Assembly: GCA_021734445.1 (NCBI GenBank)
Contig: JAIPIY010000001.1
Location: 110,814 to 174,813, forward strand
Source of the DNA: Minisyncoccota bacterium
GTDB taxonomy: Bacteria; Patescibacteriota; Minisyncoccia; Phycocordibacterales; UBA1006
DNA: 64,000 nucleotides
Reading direction: 5' to 3'
Numbering within the stretch: the first letter of the stretch is position 1; the number at the start of each line of letters is the position of its first letter. The notes below the pieces were generated by a model. The model was given only the letters and a program-made list of their open reading frames with translations. It had not been told where the DNA came from and did not search any database. Both the position numbers and the translations under genes were made by a program. This document shows positions 48,694 to 57,922 of this stretch, piece after piece.

Positions 48694-49314
48694 TTATGCA
48701 GTTGCAGTGATTTCTAGTAATGTTCCTCGACGACCTGGCACTGCACCTCCTAGCAATAATTCGCCAGAAGCAGAATCAATAGAAAGAACTTTTAGGTTTT
48801 TTACCGTAATACGATTACCACCCATTCTTCCTGCCATTCGTGTACCTTTCAATACTCGTTGGATACCTCCGGCTCCGATAGAACCTGGTTCACGTTCCGA
48901 GTGTTTTTGACCATGACTACGACGTCCACCGTGGAAACCATGTCGTTTTACACCTCCTTGGAAACCTTTACCTTTTGAAATACCTGAAACGGTAATCATA
49001 TCACCAGCAATGAAATTTTCTAGCAAAATTTCATCACCCACTTTGTAGCTATCTATTTCTTCAGGAGAAACTCGAAATTCTTTTACGTATTTGAAATCTC
49101 CTAAATCTTTGATATGCCCAATGAAAGGTTTTTTCATTCTATCTTTTTTTTGTACACCAAATCCTACTTGAACTGCGGTATAACCGTCGTTTTCAATAGT
49201 TTTGACTTGCGTAACAACAACTTTTCCAACAAAAATACGTGTTGCAGGATGCACCGTACCAGTGGCATCGAAAAATTGCGTCATTTCTTTTTTTTCTCCA
49301 ATTATAAACTTCAT
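48694..49314 (-). CDS. rplC: 50S ribosomal protein L3.
   Basis: 206 aa; GISKGKGFQGGVKRHGFHGG. Confidence 0.9.
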   Translation of the reverse strand: MKFIIGEKKEMTQFFDATGTVHPATRIFVGKVVVTQVKTIENDGYTAVQVGFGVQKKDRMKKPFIGHIKDLGDFKYVKEFRVSPEEIDSYKVGDEILLENFIAGDMITVSGISKGKGFQGGVKRHGFHGGRRSHGQKHSEREPGSIGAGGIQRVLKGTRMAGRMGGNRITVKNLKVLSIDSASGELLLGGAVPGRRGTLLEITATA

Positions 49315-49336
49315 AAGCAGGACATTACTGAATGTA

Positions 49337-49687
49337 TTACATCATTTTGACATCAATTTCAACACCTGAAGGCAAATTTACGTTCGTGAGTGATTCGATC
49401 ACTTTTGGTGATGGGTTGATAATATCGATCAAGCGTTTATGTACTCGTATTTCAAATTGCTCTCGTGCATTTTTGTATACGAACGATGCTCGGTTTACAG
49501 TATACTTCTTTATTTCTGTAGGAAGTGGAACTGGGCCACGCACTTCTGCGTCATGACGCAAAGCAATATCCATAATTTGTTTTACAGAAGTATCAAGAAT
49601 TTTATTCTCGTACGCTCGAACACGAATGCGCAAACGTACTGCAGTTTCTTGTGAATCTCCTTTTTTTGTTTTTGATACTGTCTTCAT
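49337..49687 (-). CDS. rpsJ: 30S ribosomal protein S10.
   Basis: RIRVRAYENKILDTS ... PLPTEIKKYTVNRASFVYK. Confidence 0.9.
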   Translation of the reverse strand: MKTVSKTKKGDSQETAVRLRIRVRAYENKILDTSVKQIMDIALRHDAEVRGPVPLPTEIKKYTVNRASFVYKNAREQFEIRVHKRLIDIINPSPKVIESLTNVNLPSGVEIDVKMM

Positions 49688-49720
49688 ATGACGCTTGTTA
49701 GATATCGTTAGATCAAAATA

Positions 49721-50920
49721 TTAAGCAATAATTTTTGTACAAACACCGGCACCAACGGTTCGACCTCCTTCACGAATAGCGAAGCGTTGTTGTTCTTCTA
49801 GGGCAACTGGCACTAATAGTTTCACTTTCAATTTAACTGTATCTCCTGGCATAACCATTTCTGCACCTTCTGGAAGTGTTACTTCACCAGTTACGTCAGT
49901 TGTACGGATATAAAATTGAGGTTTATATCCTTTAAAGAAAGGAGTGTGTCGTCCACCTTCATCTTTTTTCAAGATGTACACTTCACATTCGAATTCTGTA
50001 TGAGGAGTCAAAGTACCTGGTTTTGACAATACTTGTCCACGTGTGATGTCTTCTTTTTTAAGACCTCGCAATAGAATACCAGCGTTGTCTCCAGCCATAC
50101 CTTCTTGTAATTGTTTATTGAACATTTCAACTCCAGTTACGGTAGTTTTTTGTGTAGCAGCCATTCCAACGATTTCGATTTCTTCACCAACTTTGATGAT
50201 TCCTCGTTCGATTTTACCAGTTACTACGGTTCCACGACCTTCGATAGAGAAGATATCTTCTACAGGCATCAAGAAAGGCTTGTCAGTTTCACGAACTGGC
50301 ATTGGAATATAAGAATCCAAAGTTTCAGCCAATTCGATAATTTTCTTAGCCCATTCATCATCCGCAGATGTTGCATCAAGAGCTTTCAAACCTGAACCTT
50401 TAATAACAGGAGCATTAGCACCATCAAATTCGTATTTTGTAAGCAATTCACGAACCTCTTCTTCAACTAATTCGATCAAATCTGGATCGTCAACCATATC
50501 ACATTTGTTCAAGAAAACGATGATTTTAGGTACACCAACCTGTCGAGCCAACAAAATGTGTTCTCGAGTTTGTGGCATTACACCATCTGTTGCAGCAACT
50601 ACGATGATAGCACCGTCCATCTGAGCCGCACCAGTAATCATGTTTTTAATGTAGTCAGCGTGACCAGGAGCGTCAATGTGAGCATAGTGACGATTTGGTG
50701 TTTCGTATTCATTATGAGAAAGCGCGATAGTAATTCCACGTGCTTTTTCTTCAGGAGCCGAGTCGATTTGACTTACGTCCTTGATTTTTGATGAATAACC
50801 ATTACCTGCAAGGTTAAGAACGTGCAGGATAGCCGCTGTTAATGTTGTTTTTCCGTGGTCAACGTGTCCAATAGTACCTACGTTAACGTGTGGTTTTGAT
50901 CGATCAAATATTTCTGCCAT
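49721..50920 (-). CDS. tuf: Elongation factor Tu.
   Basis: [27 protein letters not shown] ... Start at ATG 50918-50920 confirmed. Confidence 0.97.
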   Translation of the reverse strand: MAEIFDRSKPHVNVGTIGHVDHGKTTLTAAILHVLNLAGNGYSSKIKDVSQIDSAPEEKARGITIALSHNEYETPNRHYAHIDAPGHADYIKNMITGAAQMDGAIIVVAATDGVMPQTREHILLARQVGVPKIIVFLNKCDMVDDPDLIELVEEEVRELLTKYEFDGANAPVIKGSGLKALDATSADDEWAKKIIELAETLDSYIPMPVRETDKPFLMPVEDIFSIEGRGTVVTGKIERGIIKVGEEIEIVGMAATQKTTVTGVEMFNKQLQEGMAGDNAGILLRGLKKEDITRGQVLSKPGTLTPHTEFECEVYILKKDEGGRHTPFFKGYKPQFYIRTTDVTGEVTLPEGAEMVMPGDTVKLKVKLLVPVALEEQQRFAIREGGRTVGAGVCTKIIA

Positions 50921-51063
50921 GATAATTTGCACTCAGAGGTTCAAAGAGAACATGAGTTAATTAATGAATAATTATAATAAAAACGATTTTTTCGTTTGAG
51001 GTTCGCTTCTTGGATTACAAAAAGTAACACAATGTGCGATAAAACGCATCTTATACTAAAATG

Positions 51064-51096
51064 AAAAAAGAGTCAAGGGGTCTTGACTCTTTTTTG
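51064..51096. terminator. Bidirectional hairpin AGAGTCAAG gggt CTTGACTCT with A-run/T-run flanks, between the 223-aa hypothetical gene and tuf.
   Basis: 9-bp perfect stem. Confidence 0.6.
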
Positions 51097-51114
51097 CATA
51101 GTATTTAGTTTAAA

Positions 51115-51786
51115 TTAATAACCCCTACCACCATTTGGTAATTTGTTTGCATTAAGATGTGGATTTTGATGTGTCGTTGACTGATTCGTTACACCAGCAG
51201 AAGCTTTGCGCCCTTTCTCATTTCCAACTACAGTTAAAACAGTACCTGTTAGGTTTAAGGCACTTCCAGTAATTAATGCAGCATTTTGAACTTTTGGATC
51301 TTTGGAAGCTATACCAATTGCAGTTGCTATTCCACCAGCTATCTGAGTATACGTTCCAGCGGTTTTTAAGTCTTGACCAGTTTTAAGGTCTTTTTGTCTT
51401 TTTTGTTCTGCTGTCCATTGTTCTGGTGTCATTTGTACCGTATTACCAGAAGTATTAGCAGTAGACCCAGCAAATTGCCAAGAGCCATTCACCTTTACCC
51501 ACTGACCCTGAGATTGTGCTGAAGCATCTTCAATATTCCCCATAAGAGTCAATAAACCCATAAATACAGGCAAAACGATTTTTGCTCGTGATGCTAATTC
51601 TGGTGAGAATTTCAAGTTTTCAACATTTTCTCCCAATGAATCAAATTGTGATTGTAATTTTCCAAACAAAGATTGCATACTTTCTAATTTACCACCAATA
51701 AAATCTTGGATTGTTTCCATCTTATTTATAGGTATATTTTCTTGAGCTGTCTTTGGAGTTTGTTTTTTAAAGGGGTTTTCAAACAT
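51115..51786 (-). CDS. Hypothetical protein inserted between fusA and tuf (central hydrophobic segment, Gly-rich C-terminal half).
   Basis: 223-aa ORF with its own downstream terminator. Confidence 0.5.
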   Translation of the reverse strand: MFENPFKKQTPKTAQENIPINKMETIQDFIGGKLESMQSLFGKLQSQFDSLGENVENLKFSPELASRAKIVLPVFMGLLTLMGNIEDASAQSQGQWVKVNGSWQFAGSTANTSGNTVQMTPEQWTAEQKRQKDLKTGQDLKTAGTYTQIAGGIATAIGIASKDPKVQNAALITGSALNLTGTVLTVVGNEKGRKASAGVTNQSTTHQNPHLNANKLPNGGRGY

Positions 51787-51807
51787 GGTAGTGTAGATAT
51801 TAAATTA

Positions 51808-51951
51808 TTAAACAGATTGTTCAGCTATTTCTTCTGATACTTGATCGAGAACGCTGGTAACTTCGTTAATAAATTGTTCTTTGTCTTGTTCAGATACGTT
51901 TTCTCCTGATGCAATACGGTCTGCAAGAGCTTGTAATTCTTCGTTATTCAT
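51808..51951 (-). CDS. Small acidic 47-aa ORF (MNNEELQALADRIASGENVSEQDKEQFINEVTSVLDQVSEEIAEQSV), immediately upstream of the 223-aa gene.
   Basis: Translated by hand. It is below the ORF-track size cut-off and is supported only by its position in a tight gene pair. Confidence 0.3.
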   Translation of the reverse strand: MNNEELQALADRIASGENVSEQDKEQFINEVTSVLDQVSEEIAEQSV

Positions 51952-52017
51952 GGTCTAATTTTAGCACACATTATACTCAAAAGTCAAGTCTTTTTATTCA
52001 GCTGCTGTGTATAACAC

Positions 52018-52046
52018 AAAAATCGCCTGTATTACAGACGATTTTT
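52018..52046. terminator. Hairpin AAAAATCG ... CGATTTTT after the fusA stop.
   Basis: 8-bp stem with a 13-nt loop; a weak terminator. Confidence 0.3.
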
Positions 52047-52066
52047 GGTAGATATAAAATTTTCTT

Positions 52067-54220
52067 TTATCTTCGTCCAGCTCGAGATCCTGCAATATCA
52101 GCAGCAATATTCGATGGAACAACATCATATCGAGAAAATTCCATAGTAAATGAACCACGCCCTGATGTCATAGATCGAAGACTGTTCATATATCCGAACA
52201 TTTCTGACAATGGAACGGTTGCGCGAATAGCCTGAACCATACCGCGATCTTCTGAACCTTCGATTAATCCTCGCTTAGAAGAAATATCTCCTGTTACATC
52301 ACCAACGAAATCTGGCGGAACTACTACTTCGACACGCATCATAGGTTCGAGAATTACGGGACGAGCTTGTTTTGCAGCATCTTGAAATGCCTGAGAAGCA
52401 GCGATTTTAAAGGCAATTTCAGAAGAGTCTACATCATGATATGAACCATCATACAATTCAACAGAAATATCGGTCATTTGATATCCAGCAGAAACCCCTC
52501 GTTGCATTCCTTCTTTGATACCTTTTTCAACAGCAGGAATATATTCCAATGGAACAACCCCTCCTTTGATATTGTTAATGAATTCAAATCCTTCACTTCG
52601 TTTTACGTTCTTTGGTATTTTTTCCATATCAACATCTTTTTCAAGAGGTTTGATTCTGATTTTTACGTGTCCATATTGACCACGACCACCTGATTGTTTT
52701 ACATATTTATGTTCAACATCGGCATTTCCTGTAATAGTTTCTCGATACGCAACCTGTGGTTTTCCAACTGTTGCTTCTACACCAAATTCTCGCTTCATAC
52801 GATCAACCAAAATTTCAAGATGTAATTCACCCATACCTGCAATAATAGTATCCATAGTCTCTGTATCTGTTGAAACTTTGAATGTTGGATCTTCAGCAGA
52901 CAATCGAGATAATGCCATACCCATTTTTTCTTGATCTGCCTTTGTTTTTGGTTCAATCTTTAATTGTACTACTGGTTCTGGAAAATCAATACCTTCTAGT
53001 GTTACTACATGATCTTCATCACACAATGTATCTCCCGTAGTTACATCTTTTAATCCAACCGCAGCAGCAATTTCACCAGCAAATACTTGTTTTACTTCTT
53101 CTCGTTCGTTTGCATGCATACGCAAAATACGTCCGATACGTTCACGTTGTTCTGTACGAGGATTGTACACATATGAACCCGCTTCAAGAATACCAGAATA
53201 TACACGGATATAGGTTAACTGACCAACAAATGGATCTGTTTGTAATTTAAATGCTAATGCAGCAAAAGGCGCAGTATCGTCAGATGGACGTTCTACTTCT
53301 TCTTTTGTTTCTGGGTTTACCCCTTTGATTGGTGGAACATCAATAGGTGATGGAAGATAATCAATAACACCATCCAATACCAACTGTACTCCCTTGTTTT
53401 TTAGTGCTGTTCCACAGAACACAGGAACCAACTGGTTTGCAATAACAGCTTTTCGAGCAGTAGTTTTCAATTCATCCACAGTTATTTCTCCACCTTCAAG
53501 ATAACGATTCATTAATGCTTCGTCATTTTCAACGATTTTTTCAACCAATTCAGAACGATACATATCAGATTCTTCTTTGTATTCTGCAGGAATTTCGTGT
53601 TCTACAATTTGAGAACCCATTTCACCTTCAAAGGTGTATGCCTTCATGCGAATAAAATCAATTACTCCTTTCATGTTTTCTTCTTCTCCCCAAGGCATTT
53701 GAAAACGGACAGCATTTTGGGTAAGACGTTGAAGAATGGATTTGTACGCTTTTTCAAAAGAAGCTCCTGTTCGGTCTAATTTGTTAATAAAACACATACG
53801 AGGAACTTTGTATTTGTCTGCTTGACGCCAAACAGTTTCAGACTGAGGCTCCACACCAGCAACACCATCAAACACAGTTACCGCACCATCCAGAACCTTT
53901 AACGACCGTTCTACCTCTACAGTAAAGTCCACGTGACCAGGGGTGTCAATAATATTGAAACGGTGTTCTCGGTCTTTTGTTCCTGAAGTATCATATGAGG
54001 GTTTCCAGAAACAAGTAGTAGCAGCAGAAGTAATAGTAATACCTCGCTCTTGTTCTTGTTCCATCCAGTCCATGACAGCTGCACCGTCATGCACTTCACC
54101 AATTTTATGTGATACACCTGTGTAAAATAGTACACGTTCTGATGTTGTTGTTTTACCCGCATCGATGTGGGCAATAATTCCAAAGTTTCTTACTTTTTGT
54201 AGTGGATAATCTCGCTTCAT
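52067..54220 (-). CDS. fusA: Elongation factor G.
   Basis: 717 aa; [24 protein letters not shown] ... full five-domain EF-G. Confidence 0.97.
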   Translation of the reverse strand: MKRDYPLQKVRNFGIIAHIDAGKTTTSERVLFYTGVSHKIGEVHDGAAVMDWMEQEQERGITITSAATTCFWKPSYDTSGTKDREHRFNIIDTPGHVDFTVEVERSLKVLDGAVTVFDGVAGVEPQSETVWRQADKYKVPRMCFINKLDRTGASFEKAYKSILQRLTQNAVRFQMPWGEEENMKGVIDFIRMKAYTFEGEMGSQIVEHEIPAEYKEESDMYRSELVEKIVENDEALMNRYLEGGEITVDELKTTARKAVIANQLVPVFCGTALKNKGVQLVLDGVIDYLPSPIDVPPIKGVNPETKEEVERPSDDTAPFAALAFKLQTDPFVGQLTYIRVYSGILEAGSYVYNPRTEQRERIGRILRMHANEREEVKQVFAGEIAAAVGLKDVTTGDTLCDEDHVVTLEGIDFPEPVVQLKIEPKTKADQEKMGMALSRLSAEDPTFKVSTDTETMDTIIAGMGELHLEILVDRMKREFGVEATVGKPQVAYRETITGNADVEHKYVKQSGGRGQYGHVKIRIKPLEKDVDMEKIPKNVKRSEGFEFINNIKGGVVPLEYIPAVEKGIKEGMQRGVSAGYQMTDISVELYDGSYHDVDSSEIAFKIAASQAFQDAAKQARPVILEPMMRVEVVVPPDFVGDVTGDISSKRGLIEGSEDRGMVQAIRATVPLSEMFGYMNSLRSMTSGRGSFTMEFSRYDVVPSNIAADIAGSRAGRR

Positions 54221-54369
54221 AATGTATGTTCTGTTTTATGTGTTATGTTGTGTGAATAAAAAGAGCGTTCCAGCCGATACAGCGTGCATCAGAAAAGATA
54301 TCATCTTTTTGGAGCGCCCAGATAGGGTTACTATACTATATTTAGATTTTTTTGCAATCGTGTGCAAAA

Positions 54370-56787
54370 TTATTCAATACTGTCCGATTGCTCTTCTGGT
54401 GTTTCAACTGTTTCTTCTGGATCTTCGGATTCAATTTCATCTACTATTTCAGATTGTTCAACCTCATCTTCTGATTCTAAAACTTCTAGGATTTCAATTG
54501 TTGATTCTTCTTCGATCAGAGGAATATCTTCATCTGATATAGATTCTTCGTCTACAACAACATTTTCATCATTAATTATCACATCTCCTTCTTCCAAATC
54601 ATCAGAATCAGTAATAACACCTGTATGAATTAATCGTTTTAACATTTCAGCTTCTTCTTTGTCAAAACACACATTCTCTACACACAACTCTTCGGTCGTA
54701 ATCTTCTTTGCAAAGATGTTTTGAATACCGTTACCTACGTCAGCAAGGAAATCTTTAGCTAAAGTAGTTAATAATGCTAATGAAAATCCACCAGATGCAA
54801 TGGTTTGAGATTCTAAGATGGAAACCTTGAGATCTAACTCTCTAACCGCCTCTACTAATATTGGAGCCATTTGTGCATAATACACGGATTTAAATCCTTC
54901 TTCATTGGTTGCAACCAGCTCTGGGAAATATTGTTCAAGATTTTGAGCAAGAAAACCAATTTGCGGATGTGTTTCGGGTTTGTCATTCCAGTTATAGGTA
55001 ACGGTACGGAGCTGAAGAACTTTATCAAGTATGTTTGACATATCTACAATATTTGTTTTTAATCTTTCGTCAGATGAACATGCAATACCAGTGCCTGTAG
55101 TAATAATACAGTTAGTAGTAGCTGCTTGAATACGTACAGATTCAATTGAACCTGTAGCCAGGGTTGAACCAATCATGAATTGATTTGTAGCAGTGTTGGT
55201 TGCCCCTTTACCAATGGCAATGGAGTTAGAAAATCCTCCAGTAGAGGTTTCATCTCCAATGAGAATAGATGTGAAGTTTGCTGTTGAATTATTTAGTGCA
55301 AGATCTCCTGCTTGAGATCCCGCACTATTTCCAATGAAAATTGAGTTATTTGAATTAGCAGAACCAGCAACACCCACACTAAAAAAACCTGCTTTGGAAC
55401 CAATAAAAGTTGAGTTATAAGCATTAGTCGCACCTTGACCAGCTGAATTACCAAAGAAATTAGAATGCGCAGCATTAGTTGCGCTATTTCCAGCTGTGCG
55501 ACCCAAAAAATTAGAATTACTAGCATTGGTTGCACTATCACCTGCTGAGGCACCAAGGAAGTTTGAACCATTCGCGTTTGAAGCGTTTATACCTGCATTT
55601 GCACCGAAGAAGTTTGAAGAAGAAGCACTTGTTGCACTAGCTCCAGCACCAACTCCAAAGAAGTTTGATTGATATGCGTTTGTTGCATCTTGTCCTGCAC
55701 CATTACCTAGGAAGTTTGACTCAGTAGCATCTACTGCATTTTGACCAGCACCACCTCCCAAGAAGTTTACTGAGTAAACATTTGTTGCACCATTACCAGC
55801 ATTATCTCCTAAGATTATATTTCCACCACCACCTATTGTTCTTCCTTGCCCTGTACCAGAAAGTCCTGATGAATATAGAGTGTCTCCAGATGCACCAATC
55901 GTAATTGATGAAGACCCCCCAGAAACAGTAGCCCAAGAAAGTTGACCATTGCCATCTGTTTGTAATACCTGACCAAGAGCTCCATCAGCTATAGGAAAAG
56001 TATACCAATCTCCACTGAAATCAAAAGTAATACCACTATCATCCAAAGATATACTTTGGGCTCCCGTAATAGTATCTACATATAATTGTGCATATTCACT
56101 GGAAAGAGATAATTCTGATCTATCATTAGCGCCTGTATCTTCATATCTAAAAGAAGCCTCTGTTGCATCAAGTTCCATTGTTGATTCTTTATTGATTACC
56201 AGGTCAGAAAATTGAGATGCAAAACTTGTATCAGTGACATTAAATCCTGTTCGGATATTTCCTCCATCACTCAAAAGAAAGAGTGAAGCTCTTTGAGGAG
56301 CAAATAACATTGTAGAGCTTTCACCACTAGCACCTCCATAACCTACAATTGTCACATGCTCACCAAGACCAAATGCCGTCCCATCACCAACCGCAACAAA
56401 ATTTGATTCGTCAGTAGTCTCATCAACATGAACCATATTAGCACCAGGAATTGTACCATTTGCACTAATTCCCATAATAGTTAAAAAATCAGGAGCCACA
56501 CTATCAGACACCATCATAATTTCACCATTATCAAAATCATAAGTAAAACCTTCAGCAGTTGAAAGTTCACCTGCATTATTTAAAAATAAAACACTATTTG
56601 GATCTAATCCATCATACGGATTAATAGCACATCCAGAATCAGTTGGTCCAGAACACACATTGTTGTGTGTATTTACCGGATCCAATGTTTCCCCTGGCGC
56701 AATAGCAAACACAGCAAATGCAGTAAATGCGATAGAAGAGATGAGTGCACCCAGTATAGACACCTTGTAGTGTGTAGTATAAGACAT
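54370..56787 (-). CDS. Giant secreted repeat protein, paralog 2 (~805 aa). Signal peptide; AIAPGETLDP/CSGPTDSGC N-terminal motif; 17-aa xSNFxGxxAGxxATNAx repeats; peptidase S74 intramolecular-chaperone domain (CSSDERLKTNI); polyacidic tail.
   Basis: S74 signature SSDERLKTNIVDMSNILDKVLQLRTVTYNW ... IGFLAQNLEQYFPELV ... SVYYAQMAP encoded around 55053-55080. Start set at MSYTTHYK (56787); the alternative ATG is at 56805. Confidence 0.8.
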   Translation of the reverse strand: MSYTTHYKVSILGALISSIAFTAFAVFAIAPGETLDPVNTHNNVCSGPTDSGCAINPYDGLDPNSVLFLNNAGELSTAEGFTYDFDNGEIMMVSDSVAPDFLTIMGISANGTIPGANMVHVDETTDESNFVAVGDGTAFGLGEHVTIVGYGGASGESSTMLFAPQRASLFLLSDGGNIRTGFNVTDTSFASQFSDLVINKESTMELDATEASFRYEDTGANDRSELSLSSEYAQLYVDTITGAQSISLDDSGITFDFSGDWYTFPIADGALGQVLQTDGNGQLSWATVSGGSSSITIGASGDTLYSSGLSGTGQGRTIGGGGNIILGDNAGNGATNVYSVNFLGGGAGQNAVDATESNFLGNGAGQDATNAYQSNFFGVGAGASATSASSSNFFGANAGINASNANGSNFLGASAGDSATNASNSNFLGRTAGNSATNAAHSNFFGNSAGQGATNAYNSTFIGSKAGFFSVGVAGSANSNNSIFIGNSAGSQAGDLALNNSTANFTSILIGDETSTGGFSNSIAIGKGATNTATNQFMIGSTLATGSIESVRIQAATTNCIITTGTGIACSSDERLKTNIVDMSNILDKVLQLRTVTYNWNDKPETHPQIGFLAQNLEQYFPELVATNEEGFKSVYYAQMAPILVEAVRELDLKVSILESQTIASGGFSLALLTTLAKDFLADVGNGIQNIFAKKITTEELCVENVCFDKEEAEMLKRLIHTGVITDSDDLEEGDVIINDENVVVDEESISDEDIPLIEEESTIEILEVLESEDEVEQSEIVDEIESEDPEETVETPEEQSDSIE
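55370..55800 (-). repeat. Coding tandem repeat: 51-bp units encoding the 17-aa SNF/GAG/ATNA repeats (about 8 units).
   Basis: Back-translation of 55381-55440 gives GQGATNAYNSTFIGSKAGFF. Confidence 0.6.
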
Positions 56788-56816
56788 ATGAGAATAGTAT
56801 AGCATGATATCCAAAT

Positions 56817-56845
56817 AAAAAAATCCCCACTCGGGGGATTTTTTT
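56817..56845. terminator. Perfect hairpin AAAAAAATCCCC actcg GGGGATTTTTTT between the rpsG stop and the giant gene 2 start.
   Basis: 12-bp stem; same GGGGAT core as the hairpin at 46768. Confidence 0.6.
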
Positions 56846-56864
56846 ATTTGGAGTATTAATTTTC

Positions 56865-57335
56865 TTACCAAGCAAAGTGTGCAAATGCTTTGTTTGCTTC
56901 TGCCATTTTCAAAGTGTTTTCTTTTCGTTTTACTGCTTCACCTTCGTTTTTACTAGCCAAGATAATTTCATCAGACAATTTGATGTACATTGGTTGCCCT
57001 TTTTTCTTTCGAGCAGCTTCCATGATCCATCGCATAGCCAAAGCCAATCGTCGTTCTGGTCGAACTTCTCGTGGAACTTGGTAGTTTGCACCCCCAACAC
57101 GTCGTGATCGAACTTCTAGTGCAGGGCCTGCATTTTTAAAAGCCAAATCAACAACTTCTAGTGGGTTTGGGTTTTCAGATTCTTTTTTGATTCGTTCCAA
57201 AGCTTGATAGACAACAGCACGAGCTGTTTCTTTTCGCCCATCCAACATAACATAGTTAATAAGACGACCTATTTTCTGAGAATTATAGATTGAATCTGGC
57301 CCTGGAATATTTCGATTTTTTACTGGTCTTCGCAT
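56865..57335 (-). CDS. rpsG: 30S ribosomal protein S7.
   Basis: MRRPVKNRNIPGPDSIYNSQKIGRLINYVMLDGRKETARAVVYQALERI. Confidence 0.9.
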   Translation of the reverse strand: MRRPVKNRNIPGPDSIYNSQKIGRLINYVMLDGRKETARAVVYQALERIKKESENPNPLEVVDLAFKNAGPALEVRSRRVGGANYQVPREVRPERRLALAMRWIMEAARKKKGQPMYIKLSDEIILASKNEGEAVKRKENTLKMAEANKAFAHFAW

Positions 57336-57371
57336 AATGAGAAACTAAATAAGAGATAATGAATAGATTAA

Positions 57372-57788
57372 TTATGATTCTTTTGGTCGTTTACGTCCGT
57401 ATTTACTACGAGATTGTCGTCGTTTGTCTACACCCTGAGCATCCAACACACCACGAACGATGTGATATCGTACCCCGATCAAGTCTTTTACACGACCTCC
57501 TCGCAACATTACTACCGAGTGTTCCTGCAGGTTGTGACCCATACCTGGGATGTATGCGGTAACTTCCATACCATTCGTAAGACGTACACGAGCGATTTTT
57601 CGCAAAGCCGAGTTAGGTTTTTTAGGGGTTGTTGTAGATACTTTTGTACACACACCTCGTTTAAAAGGAGAGTTGTGATATACAGGCTTGTTTTTAAGCG
57701 TATTAAAAGAATACGTCATAGCAACAGCCTTTGTTTTTTTAGAGACTTTTGTTCTTGGTTTTCTTCGTAATTGATTGATTGTTGACAT
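57372..57788 (-). CDS. rpsL: 30S ribosomal protein S12.
   Basis: [12 protein letters not shown] ... [22 protein letters not shown] 57786-57788 confirmed. Confidence 0.95.
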   Translation of the reverse strand: MSTINQLRRKPRTKVSKKTKAVAMTYSFNTLKNKPVYHNSPFKRGVCTKVSTTTPKKPNSALRKIARVRLTNGMEVTAYIPGMGHNLQEHSVVMLRGGRVKDLIGVRYHIVRGVLDAQGVDKRRQSRSKYGRKRPKES

Positions 57789-57865
57789 AATTTTTATGAT
57801 TTGAAAAAAGAGCATACATTGCTCTTTTACATGAACAAAAACAGTATACAGAAAAGTTTTAAAAA

Positions 57866-57910
57866 AGCAAGCCCCTCTACGGAAGAATATTCTCGTAGAG
57901 GGGCTTTGCT
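57866..57910. terminator. Long hairpin AGCAAGCCCCTCTACG ... CGTAGAGGGGCTTTGCT after the 663-aa gene, upstream of the rpsL promoter region.
   Basis: ~16-bp stem with a one-nt bulge. Confidence 0.55.
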
Positions 57911-57922
57911 TATCACTAAAGA

